DNA from: Nitrososphaeria archaeon
GTDB lineage: Archaea; Thermoproteota; Nitrososphaeria; JACIWG01
NCBI GenBank assembly: GCA_050011875.1
Contig: JBEKIG010000001.1
Span: 96,001-160,000, forward strand
Length of the DNA: 64,000 bases
Direction: 5' to 3'
Both the position numbers and the translations under genes were made by a program. Of the stretch, positions 1 through 8,915 are shown piece by piece. Each line of letters opens with the position of its first letter. Position 1 is the first letter of the stretch. The notes under the pieces were generated by a model. It worked only from the letters and a program-made list of their open reading frames with translations, had not been told where the DNA came from and did not search any database.

Positions 1-1
1 A

Positions 2-946
2 TTCATTTTAGTTATAGTGCCATTTATTCCCGGCTCTGTAGAGAAGGTCTCTATAAGTACGGTTCAAGAAAAACTCTACCCTGTCTACACAAATAGTGGT
101 TTCGAAGATGCGGTTGGAGAAAAAGTGAACGGCTGGAACCTTTTAAACGGTTCAAAGCTCAGCAGGACAATTGTTTACGATGGGAACAATGCTATCAACA
201 TGACTCCTTCGAATCCCTCGATTATCCCTCAGATAATTTACGTAGGAAATAACGCGACGACAAGATACATTATTGGAGGCAACGTGATAGCATCCTTGGC
301 TGTCAAGGCCTTAAACGCACTCAATGGCTCAAAACCATCTTACTTGAATGTTGAATCGGTAATCTTATACATTGGACCAACAAACGTGACTACTTTCCTA
401 TTCAACCTCGTATTATACAGGAATATGCCGAACGTAAGCGAGGGTGTGGCGTACAAAAATTACGGTATTATCGCATACAAAAATTTAGAGAATTCTGATG
501 ATTGGTTTGAATACTCCCTCCAGATGTCGCAGATGACCGGTGCCTTCTCTAACTACCTTAGCAGTTGGAAAGGTATAGACGCTAAACCAACCGATAGATA
601 CGAAATGCTGGGCCTAAGCGTTTGGTGCGATAATCTTGTAGCCTATGTCGACGACGCATCAATTTACTTGATCGAACCGGAATGGATAATTGCCACAATG
701 AAATCTAACTCCATTATACCGATGAACGTGTTCTTGTCTGACGTCGAAATAAACGGGAGCACACCTACACAATTTTACACAAAGCCTAATCTTGTGACAC
801 CCTTTTCAACGTTCGACCTCTACACTTTTGTTCCATATACGCCTTCGAATGGTTCCGTAAACATTGTAACAGTTCGATTTGGAACAGGGCAAACAATTCA
901 ATTCCAGTTCAAAGAGGAGACTAGAAGAGTATGGGTAATTCTGTAA
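2..946 (+). CDS. Membrane-anchored/secreted hypothetical protein, 5' end outside the window
   Basis: The frame is open back to base 2 (FILVIVPFIPG hydrophobic stretch). Asn/Thr/Ser-rich, beta-rich sequence. Overlaps the signal peptidase start. Confidence 0.6.
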   Translation, partial: FILVIVPFIPGSVEKVSISTVQEKLYPVYTNSGFEDAVGEKVNGWNLLNGSKLSRTIVYDGNNAINMTPSNPSIIPQIIYVGNNATTRYIIGGNVIASLAVKALNALNGSKPSYLNVESVILYIGPTNVTTFLFNLVLYRNMPNVSEGVAYKNYGIIAYKNLENSDDWFEYSLQMSQMTGAFSNYLSSWKGIDAKPTDRYEMLGLSVWCDNLVAYVDDASIYLIEPEWIIATMKSNSIIPMNVFLSDVEINGSTPTQFYTKPNLVTPFSTFDLYTFVPYTPSNGSVNIVTVRFGTGQTIQFQFKEETRRVWVIL

Positions 947-1461
947 AAAAGCATTGGAAAAAGATTGAAATCGCTGAAGATATCGTTATTGTAGTCCTCT
1001 TTATAACCCTTGCAATACTTCTAATAAATGTTGCATTTGGGAACTCTCCATTCTGGTATGTTGAAGGAATCAGCATGCATCCTACCCTACAAAGTGGAGA
1101 CCTTATCATAATAGTTCGAACACCTTTCGACAACTTAAAGGTAGGAGACATTATTGTCTATTACAGCCACGTCTACAACTTCAGGATCGTGCATCGAATA
1201 ATAGAGATAGAGAATATAAGCGGCCAAGAGGCTTTAATAACCAAAGGCGACAACAATCTCGGACCAGACCCTTTATATGTAACAAAGGCCGATTACATTG
1301 GAAAATATACTGGGATAAGAATCCCATATGTTGGTTTCCTTTATCAAGCTCTAGCGCCTCCTGTAAACTATTTCATAATAGCCGTTCTTGTAATATACTT
1401 GATATACATTGATTTATACACACCCCTAAAAAATAAGCAAAACGCTTCTAAGGCATTGTGA
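931..1461 (+). CDS. sec11: Signal peptidase I, archaeal/Sec11 type (S26B)
   Basis: GISMHPTL (catalytic Ser), IVHRI (His), TKGDNN motifs; N- and C-terminal TM helices. Confidence 0.93.
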   Translation: MGNSVKKHWKKIEIAEDIVIVVLFITLAILLINVAFGNSPFWYVEGISMHPTLQSGDLIIIVRTPFDNLKVGDIIVYYSHVYNFRIVHRIIEIENISGQEALITKGDNNLGPDPLYVTKADYIGKYTGIRIPYVGFLYQALAPPVNYFIIAVLVIYLIYIDLYTPLKNKQNASKAL

Positions 1462-1701
1462 ATTTAATTAAAAATATCAATGATGTAAGACGAAAACGTA
1501 AGATGGCGTTTACAAACTCTTTACTGTACAAAACTTTCGTTTTTTTATAACCTGTGTAGAAAAGTTTATCGAAGTAGATATAAAACTGATCTTCTATTAA
1601 CTCTAGAATGATTAAAAAATTATTATTAGATTAGGTTAAGCTCGAACTCATTCAAAAGTTTTATATCATCAAATATAGAAATTGATATGGGCGAATTCTA
1701 A

Positions 1702-2886
1702 TTGGTTTCAGTTAAAATCCTTGATAATTTGTTCTGGGTAGGAATTAATGATAATAGAAACATCTTATTTGAAGGATTGTGGCCTATACCTCAGGGCATA
1801 ACTTACAATTCGTACATTATCAAAGGCTTAGAGAAAACGGTGCTGATAGATACTGTGGACAAGTTCTATTCAAAAGAGTTCTTAGCAAATGTTAAGGAAG
1901 TCGTCGAACCTTCAAAGATCGACCATATAATTCTAAATCACTTGGAACCAGATCACAGCGGATCTCTTGAGGAAATTCTAAAGTATGCACCTAAAGCAAA
2001 AGTTATTGGATCACAGATGGCAATTAATATAGCAAAGGCATACTACCATCAAGACTTCAATAATCTAGCGGTCAAAGATGGTGAGATAATATCACTTGGT
2101 GACCGCACATTAAAAATTATTACTGCCCCTTGGATTCATTGGCCTGAGACAATCTTTACTTATGATGTAGAGGATCAAGTTTTATTTTCAGGCGATGCCT
2201 TTGGAACCTTTGGCGCCGTGAACGGAAATTTATTTGACGATCAAAAAAATGTTCCATCTTATGAGATTGAAATGAAGAGATATTTTGCAGATATAATTTC
2301 CCATTATTCACAGTTCGTCATCAAAGCAGGTGAAAAGATTCAAAATCTTCCGATAAAAATTCTCTGCACAACACACGGCACAATTTACAGGAATAATCCG
2401 AACTATCCTATATCTAAATATCTTCTATGGAGTTCAGGTAAAGATGAAAATAAAGTTCTGATCATTTATGGGAGCATGTATGGACATACAAAAGAATGTG
2501 CAGAGTACTTTGGAGCAAAATTAAGAGAAAAAGGGATAAATGTTATCCTACGTGATTTGGGTATAGTTCATCCAAGTTATGTTTTAACAGATATATTAGA
2601 TTCAAAGGTGGTTATGATAGGATCACCAACCTATGATGGTCAAATATTCCCGCTTGTATCGAATATTATTGAATACATGACGATAAAGCATGTTCGACCT
2701 AAGATTTTTGCGATTTTCACAAACTATAGCTGGGGTAGTAATATTATCGATACTCTAAAAGGCAGGCTTTCAGAAATAGGCATGAGGGTTTTAGAACCAC
2801 AACTGCTGGTGAAAGGTAAAATATCTGAAGAAGATAAAAAGAAAGCCGACATACTTGTCGAGAATATAGTTAATGTCCTTCAATAG
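1702..2886 (+). CDS. fprA: Flavodiiron protein (FprA/A-type flavoprotein, O2/NO reductase)
   Basis: GITYNSY, HLEPDH, HWPE, SGDAFG and THG di-iron ligands, followed by a flavodoxin domain (YGSMYGHT, GSPTY). Confidence 0.93.
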   Translation: MVSVKILDNLFWVGINDNRNILFEGLWPIPQGITYNSYIIKGLEKTVLIDTVDKFYSKEFLANVKEVVEPSKIDHIILNHLEPDHSGSLEEILKYAPKAKVIGSQMAINIAKAYYHQDFNNLAVKDGEIISLGDRTLKIITAPWIHWPETIFTYDVEDQVLFSGDAFGTFGAVNGNLFDDQKNVPSYEIEMKRYFADIISHYSQFVIKAGEKIQNLPIKILCTTHGTIYRNNPNYPISKYLLWSSGKDENKVLIIYGSMYGHTKECAEYFGAKLREKGINVILRDLGIVHPSYVLTDILDSKVVMIGSPTYDGQIFPLVSNIIEYMTIKHVRPKIFAIFTNYSWGSNIIDTLKGRLSEIGMRVLEPQLLVKGKISEEDKKKADILVENIVNVLQ

Positions 2887-2907
2887 AAGAGGTAATTCCC
2901 CCTATTT

Positions 2908-2953
2908 TTATGTGAAGATTATTACGCAGGATTTATAATCCCGGATGTCGCAT
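2908..2953. repeat. Dispersed ~46-bp palindromic repeat, copy A (inverted relative to 59470-59515)
   Basis: Its reverse complement aligns with 59470-59515, including an identical 18-bp core TCCGGGATTATAAATCCT. Confidence 0.8.
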
Positions 2954-3002
2954 TTTCTCTTGGAAATTTAACTAATTGAAAAGAGAACTTTCCCAAATTG
3001 GT

Positions 3003-3242
3003 TCAAACTCCACTTACTTTAGCTCTTCTTTTAGATCTATATGTGATCACATAAGCATAGTAAACTTGACTGATTTTGGAATTAACGACAGATCTGGCAT
3101 TTGCTATTGTCATAGGATTCCTATTTTTTGGTCGGGTTGATATAGCTCTTATGGTTGGATTGGGGGCATTCTTGCCTAACCATTCTATTGATTGATTAAT
3201 TGTCCTATTCTGTTCCTTTGAGCAATTGTTAACAAGCAACAT
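3003..3242 (-). CDS. Small hypothetical protein, possibly decayed
   Basis: ORF coupled (TAATG) to the upstream membrane-protein gene; no recognisable motif. Confidence 0.3.
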   Translation of the reverse strand: MLLVNNCSKEQNRTINQSIEWLGKNAPNPTIRAISTRPKNRNPMTIANARSVVNSKISQVYYAYVITYRSKRRAKVSGV

Positions 3243-3712
3243 TACGCCTCAAGTTCCAATCGTTTCTTATCTTTCTCTAGTAGCCAGAAACCAAATAAAG
3301 CACCAAAAAAAATAACGCTTACACTTTTTGTATAAAAGGTATTAGGAAATTCAGAAAAATGCTGGTTAAGAATAGTCTGTGTACTCCAATTCATCATCCC
3401 ATCAATCAGTTCATAGCTGGATGCAGCCATTGTCAAAAAAAGCCATCCCTGAAAATAACTATAAAGTCTTATCATAGGATTCTTCTCACGAAAAAAGAAT
3501 AAAGAAGTGAAAATCACAAAGGCTAAAGCACTATACGCAAGCAAACTAACATAAAGAAGCCTAAAATTCATTACCCCTGGAATCGAGAACAGATTAAAGA
3601 AGTAGTCGTAGAGATTACCGTGAATTAGAGTGAGAATTATACCTGACAAGGCGGCCAAGACCGTTATTAATTCCAAAACTTTTACTTTTTTTAGTTCAGG
3701 AATTCTTTTCAT
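3242..3712 (-). CDS. Hypothetical membrane protein (~4 TM)
   Basis: Four hydrophobic segments; TATA-like element near 3760. Confidence 0.6.
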   Translation of the reverse strand: MKRIPELKKVKVLELITVLAALSGIILTLIHGNLYDYFFNLFSIPGVMNFRLLYVSLLAYSALAFVIFTSLFFFREKNPMIRLYSYFQGWLFLTMAASSYELIDGMMNWSTQTILNQHFSEFPNTFYTKSVSVIFFGALFGFWLLEKDKKRLELEA

Positions 3713-3890
3713 CTTGATACACCATTATTAAGTATGGAGCGATATCCAATATGTTAACCTATATATAACAATTGGTGGTGCGCACAATTTAAAGTTCTTC
3801 TTAGCGAGCTGACTAGAACTAGTCACACGCCACAACATCGGAGTGAAAGATGGAGAGGAGAAATACAAAAAAACATGCGCCGGTGATTGA

Positions 3891-4523
3891 CTACCTTCCT
3901 GCCAGACTATCGATAAGCACCTTCGCTCTCTCTACGTTGAAAATTCCACATGTGCAACACTTCGCTATAGTTCTCGCAGCTTCATCAGAAGAGATTCTGC
4001 CCAACTTCACATCGTTAGCTAGTTTTGTAACAAGATTTCTTGAAATCATTCCATGGCCACACATCGTCATTATATCGAGTACCTCAGATTGCTTGGGCAA
4101 TAGCTCTGTTTTACCCCAGATTCCTAGCGATGTCATTACTGTATGTGGTCTCAATCCGACTTCTTGAACCGCACTTGAGACCTCATCGTATAATCCGCTA
4201 ACTACTACGGACATTCCGAGATCGGCTTCTTTCAATGCTTTTACAACTTTTTTTACGGTTTCAATTTCTCTGTATACTCCGTGAAAGATGCTTGTGTCAG
4301 TTGCTTTTTTAACAATGCTTTCAAAGTTATAGTCTCTCGTCCATATGCTTCCTGTCTTCATGTCACCCATGTTGATAGGATTAAATCCTGCCATTATCTT
4401 GAGTGCTTCAACAAGTTTTGGCGTAGCACCAGCATCATTAAATCCTCGACATGACATCACTAGCACAACGTAATCTTTTTTTAGCGAGCTTGTATCTCCA
4501 GTTCTATGTAATGTATGAGTCAT
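3891..4523 (-). CDS. Conserved hypothetical Cys/His-rich protein, partner of the upstream 4Fe-4S protein
   Basis: MTHTLHR N-terminus, CGHGMIS and CCTCGIFN motifs; 3-bp gap from the upstream gene. Confidence 0.8.
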   Translation of the reverse strand: MTHTLHRTGDTSSLKKDYVVLVMSCRGFNDAGATPKLVEALKIMAGFNPINMGDMKTGSIWTRDYNFESIVKKATDTSIFHGVYREIETVKKVVKALKEADLGMSVVVSGLYDEVSSAVQEVGLRPHTVMTSLGIWGKTELLPKQSEVLDIMTMCGHGMISRNLVTKLANDVKLGRISSDEAARTIAKCCTCGIFNVERAKVLIDSLAGR

Positions 4524-4526
4524 ATT

Positions 4527-5270
4527 TTACAACCTCATTTTTTCGTGCACCCTTTCAGGGGCTTTAGGTCTACCTAAACCTAGATTGATTTTCATGTTCG
4601 GTTTATAGGGTATACCCATTCTATCAAGAATATTAAATATTGGTATTGTGCCATCTACTCGCACTCTACTCGCTAGACCTACTGAAATAACGGTGTTTAT
4701 CTTCCCAGACACATCTTTTAAAGTATTCAGAGTATTCTCCAATTGATTAATTTTAAACTTGCACTCTATGATAGGTTGAAGTACACGAACTTCCCTTAAT
4801 CTTTCATCCTTCAGCCTTCCTGTTGATTCATCGAAGAGGCCTGTAAGAGGGTTCTCTTTTTCAAACATGACTCCCAGCATGACCAAAGCCATAAAGACCT
4901 TCTCAACATCTTCGAATAATGTGGAGATTCCTGGTCTTCCAAAGTCCAGTGCGAGGGCCACTTCTCCATACCCAAGCCTACCTGTAACTTCATTAGTCTT
5001 TACTTCTTCGGTTCCTCTACCAGCCATCCTTGTAGTCGCCCAGTCCTTGGTCGGTACAGCAAAATTCCACATGAGATCTCTTGGAAATACAAGTTCTGCG
5101 GGGCGCATAGCGTCAACTGGGCATTGGAAGATTTTATAGCAAACCCAGCACTCTACACATTTTTTTTGGTCTATGTTTGCCTTCTTTTCCTTCATCATAC
5201 TGATGGCACTTACAGGACACCAAGGAATACACATAGCACAACCTACACATTTATCAGCATTTATTTCCAA
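4527..5270 (-). CDS. 2x[4Fe-4S] ferredoxin-domain protein with uncharacterised C-terminal domain
   Basis: CVGCAMCIPWCP and CVECWVC...CP motifs; GRGTEEVKTNEVTGR motif; TTG start. Confidence 0.85.
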   Translation of the reverse strand: MEINADKCVGCAMCIPWCPVSAISMMKEKKANIDQKKCVECWVCYKIFQCPVDAMRPAELVFPRDLMWNFAVPTKDWATTRMAGRGTEEVKTNEVTGRLGYGEVALALDFGRPGISTLFEDVEKVFMALVMLGVMFEKENPLTGLFDESTGRLKDERLREVRVLQPIIECKFKINQLENTLNTLKDVSGKINTVISVGLASRVRVDGTIPIFNILDRMGIPYKPNMKINLGLGRPKAPERVHEKMRL

Positions 5271-5358
5271 TTAAATAAACCTCAACGCAAGAGCGATAGT
5301 TACCCTTAATAAATATTTTAAAAACCATAAAAACGGAATTTGTTGACCAAGATTGCGT

Positions 5359-5600
5359 TTAAGGATTTTGGACATCATTAACCGCCCCATCTTTAATAAC
5401 GGATGCATAAGATAAGTCCAAGCAGTCCGTTGCGAAACCAACAAATTTTTCCCTAGGATATTTCTCAAATAAGGCTTGAAAGTGCTTTCTTAGTCCTCGT
5501 TCCGCATCATCCTCCTTCGTTAAATTTACCTTTATTTCGAAAATATTGAATCCGCACTACCTCTTACGCCCAGAACTTTACTACCTAATTTATTCTCTAA
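5359..5600 (-). pseudogene. Remnant of the N-terminal nuclease region of a type IIG-like restriction-modification enzyme
   Basis: Manual translation gives ENKLGSKVLGVRGSADSIFS / frameshift / IFEIKVNLTKEDDAERGLRKHFQALFEKYPREKFVGFATDC, matching the D..E-x-K..A..L..G.ATD pattern. Confidence 0.55.
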
Positions 5601-5663
5601 ATGCCATAATTAATTTACATTATTCAATACTATATCCTAAAAAATATAATAGGATTTTTAGAG

Positions 5664-5708
5664 TAAACTTTATAGACTATATAAACTCTTTTATATACCT
5701 AATTTATA
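5664..5708 (+). promoter_or_regulatory. tbp promoter region: several TATA-like boxes and the palindrome TATAG-A-CTATA
   Basis: TTTATA at 5669, 5690 and 5703; TATATAAA at 5678; palindrome at 5671-5681. Confidence 0.5.
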
Positions 5709-5726
5709 CATATTTAACGAGAAGTA

Positions 5727-6287
5727 ATGTCTAAGGGAAAACGAATTGTCAGCATCGAAAATGTTGTTGCTTCAGCTTCCGTTAATCAAAACATAAATCT
5801 AATAGAAATCACAAGAAGGTTTACAAATGTTGAATACAGACCGGACCAGTTCCCAGGATTAGTCTTCAGACTTAAAACACCTAAAACAGCTACGTTAATT
5901 TTTAGTTCCGGAAAGATGGTTTGCACAGGTGGAAAGTCTGAGGAGCAAGCTTTCAAAGCTGTTCACATGGTCGCTAAAATGCTCAAGGAGGGGGGAATAG
6001 AAATTACAAATGAGCCTGTAATAGAGATACAGAATATTGTGGCATCTGCCAGTTTAGGTGGGAGAGTAGATTTAGAAGAGGCAGCAAGGAAGCTTCCTAG
6101 ATCTATGTATGAGCCTGAACAATTCCCTGGTCTAATCCACAGAATGCTTAAACCTAAGACGGTTATACTACTTTTTGCAAGCGGAAAGCTCGTTTGCACT
6201 GGAGCGAAGAAGGAGCAAGAGGTTTATGAAGCCGTCTCTAACCTGCACCAGACCCTTGAGGAGCTTGCCTTAATGGTTTATCAATAG
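5727..6287 (+). CDS. tbp: TATA-box binding protein
   Basis: Two TBP repeats (NVVAS..YxPxQFPGL..LIFSSGKMVCTG / NIVAS..YEPEQFPGL..LLFASGKLVCTG). Confidence 0.99.
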   Translation: MSKGKRIVSIENVVASASVNQNINLIEITRRFTNVEYRPDQFPGLVFRLKTPKTATLIFSSGKMVCTGGKSEEQAFKAVHMVAKMLKEGGIEITNEPVIEIQNIVASASLGGRVDLEEAARKLPRSMYEPEQFPGLIHRMLKPKTVILLFASGKLVCTGAKKEQEVYEAVSNLHQTLEELALMVYQ

Positions 6288-6387
6288 TGAAATTCCAAAT
6301 AGTTATCCCTTTTTCTTTACAAATCGTTAAATAAGATATGAGATGACCCATAATAAATTTTAAGAATTGCTCGTTTTACCGCATAAG

Positions 6388-7017
6388 CTATTTTGGACCT
6401 ATCTGTTTTAGAACCGCAGTATACTCCTCTTCATTTATGATGTCGTTGGCATATAGCTCTTTTGTGAGTTCCGTTACTTTGGCGACATAGTGAATATTGA
6501 CACCTAATTTCTTAAGATTCTCGATTCCACCTTCCTCTCTGTCTACTAGAACAATTGAATCTTCTATTTCACATCCTTCAGCAGAGATCTTTTCCTTTGA
6601 ATTAATAAGAGAAGAACCGGTCGTTATTAGGTCGTCTACAAGGAGCACTCGATCACCTGGTTTTATCAGACCTTCAATGTTTCTTTGTGTGCCGTGTTGC
6701 CTATCTTCTTTCCTTATATATATAAGAGGCTTCTCCAAAGATAAGGCTATTACAGAAGCAAAGACAAGACCCGAAGTTGGTATACCGCATATGATATCAA
6801 ACTTTGATAAACCTATTTCTTTAACTATGCTCTTGCAATACATATCTATGATCTTTTTGAAGATTGGAGGATAACTTGGTACCAGTCTGAGATCGATGTA
6901 ATAGCTGCTCATCTTTCCACTAGTTAACGTGAAAACACCAAATTTTAGAGCCTGAGTCTTGACAAGAGATTTAGCAAGTTCCCTAACAAATGAAGACTTT
7001 TCTATTTCCCAGCTCAT
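6388..7017 (-). CDS. pyrE: Orotate phosphoribosyltransferase
   Basis: FTLTSGKMSSYYIDLR; PRPP loop LVDDLITTGSS; VDREEGG. Confidence 0.96.
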   Translation of the reverse strand: MSWEIEKSSFVRELAKSLVKTQALKFGVFTLTSGKMSSYYIDLRLVPSYPPIFKKIIDMYCKSIVKEIGLSKFDIICGIPTSGLVFASVIALSLEKPLIYIRKEDRQHGTQRNIEGLIKPGDRVLLVDDLITTGSSLINSKEKISAEGCEIEDSIVLVDREEGGIENLKKLGVNIHYVAKVTELTKELYANDIINEEEYTAVLKQIGPK

Positions 7018-7664
7018 ACTTCCACCACCGTTTCTATATCCTTAGGTATTATTTGAACCCTGACCCTAGGATCTTTTGCTTCCACAAGAGATTTAAAATC
7101 ATTAAATCTCGTACCATGGATGGGTATTGCGATCTTTGGCTGGATGATATGAACCATTTCACTAGCACTTTTTGGAGAAGCACCGGGAGCGATTCCTATA
7201 GGAACAAAGATTAGGTCAACATTTAGCTTTGCTATCTGCGAATGTTCTCCGGCGACGAGAGAATCACTAGCGTAAAAAATCCTTGTACCATCATAGTATT
7301 CAATCAGGTAAGTAACAGGATTGACAGCTGGGTGCACGCTCTTATATGCGGTCACAATAATTTTGGAGTCTTTGAATACATCCCAAGGCTTCATGGTCCT
7401 TAACCTTTCCCTTGGGATATATTTTTTTAGTCTACTACCTGATTCGATGTCTGCTAAAACCATCGGGGAGTACGTTGAGAGATCGTTGACAAGTCTAATA
7501 TCGAGGTGATCTGCGTGCTCATGAGAAATCAGTATATAACCTACTTCACCAATTGTTGATGAAGGTACAAGGTAGGGGTCTATAACCAAATTGACGTTGT
7601 TATAGGTTATTTTCAATCCAGAGTATTCATTAAACCAAAGCACTTTAATGATCTTTTTGACCAT
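7014..7664 (-). CDS. Metallo-beta-lactamase-fold hydrolase (UlaG-like)
   Basis: IDPY, SHEHADH and IPIH motifs. Confidence 0.88.
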   Translation of the reverse strand: MVKKIIKVLWFNEYSGLKITYNNVNLVIDPYLVPSSTIGEVGYILISHEHADHLDIRLVNDLSTYSPMVLADIESGSRLKKYIPRERLRTMKPWDVFKDSKIIVTAYKSVHPAVNPVTYLIEYYDGTRIFYASDSLVAGEHSQIAKLNVDLIFVPIGIAPGASPKSASEMVHIIQPKIAIPIHGTRFNDFKSLVEAKDPRVRVQIIPKDIETVVEV

Positions 7665-7769
7665 ACGACACTGGATACACTAAACCTAAGATAAAGACTT
7701 TTAAAAAAAGGAATTTTGAGAAAGAACAAGAATATATTTACAAGCTCATCATGGTTGATGGAGAAGAGG

Positions 7770-8915
7770 ATGCCTGAAGTTTGGTTAAAATATGGTAAAG
7801 TCGAAGTGGCACTGGAGATTCAAAGGGAGAGGCTTGGGCAAATTATAGAAGATCCACTTCCTGATATAGAAATAGAACAAATAGAAAAAGAACTTCAACC
7901 CTTAAAGGAGAATAAGGAAATCAACTTGCTCGTTGGAGACTTTGAAACGACAACAATAAAGTTTCTGCAATATCTCGCAAACTATCTTGTAGCAGCCAAG
8001 GTTAACATTTATTCAAGTGATCAAATTCTAAAGCAGCTTAAGAAAAGCCTTAGGGATTTATTTTACTCATTCCTGAAAATCGAAGAAGAAAGGTTTCCTG
8101 TAGGCATCGTTGATGGCGTCCCATTAAAGCTTCCAGCCATCCTCTCAAAGACCGACCTCTATTTGATTTCTTCAGTTGGATATAACCCTCTATTTGGGTT
8201 TTCAGGTGGCCCAACCTGTCTGCTGGCATTTTGTGGAGACGATTTAAAATATGAAGCGATAAAAAGAGAAACTGAGCTACAGCCTAATTCGGGTAAAGAA
8301 ACATCGGCTGGATGGTTTGCTAATCGAGTTTCTGAAGAAGTGAGCGGATTAAAGGGTGTTGAGATTCTTCCCGGAAGCAGCGGGTTTAGTAAAATTTTCT
8401 TAGGAAACGTCCAAGAAGTACACAAGATAGCTAGCCAAGAACTCTTAAAGTACTCAATGAAAAAGGTCAGTTCTAAGGTTTCACTCGCCATTGTAGCACC
8501 TGGTGAAGAAGAAAAATATCGAACTCTAGATCTTTCACTTAATTCGTTATGGAACGTTCTTCAAGCGATGGAAGAAGGATCCACCGTTATTTTATTGTCA
8601 GAAGCGATTGAAAGTCTCGGATCGGAAGCACTTTCAAGATATGTTTACACAGGATTAGACATAAAAGATTTGTTAAAGAGAGGACCATATTTGGAAGGAC
8701 TTGAAAATCTTTATTATTTATCAGATATTAAAACCAAGTACGACCTAGGATTTCTGACAACCCTTCCTAAAGCACTGATTGAAAAAAGACTTGGTTTCAA
8801 AAGCTTTCTTACCGGCAACTCCACGGTAGACTATCTTATAGAAAAAAGTGGGGATAAAAAGAAGAAGATCACGATAGTTACAAGAGGGGATAAAAGTCTT
8901 CTAACAGCGGTTTAG
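7770..8915 (+). CDS. LarA/lactate racemase-domain (DUF2088-like) protein, divergent
   Basis: MPEVWLKYG start after a GAGGA RBS; YNPLFGFSGGP and SEAIESLGS resemble LarA motifs. Confidence 0.6.
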   Translation: MPEVWLKYGKVEVALEIQRERLGQIIEDPLPDIEIEQIEKELQPLKENKEINLLVGDFETTTIKFLQYLANYLVAAKVNIYSSDQILKQLKKSLRDLFYSFLKIEEERFPVGIVDGVPLKLPAILSKTDLYLISSVGYNPLFGFSGGPTCLLAFCGDDLKYEAIKRETELQPNSGKETSAGWFANRVSEEVSGLKGVEILPGSSGFSKIFLGNVQEVHKIASQELLKYSMKKVSSKVSLAIVAPGEEEKYRTLDLSLNSLWNVLQAMEEGSTVILLSEAIESLGSEALSRYVYTGLDIKDLLKRGPYLEGLENLYYLSDIKTKYDLGFLTTLPKALIEKRLGFKSFLTGNSTVDYLIEKSGDKKKKITIVTRGDKSLLTAV

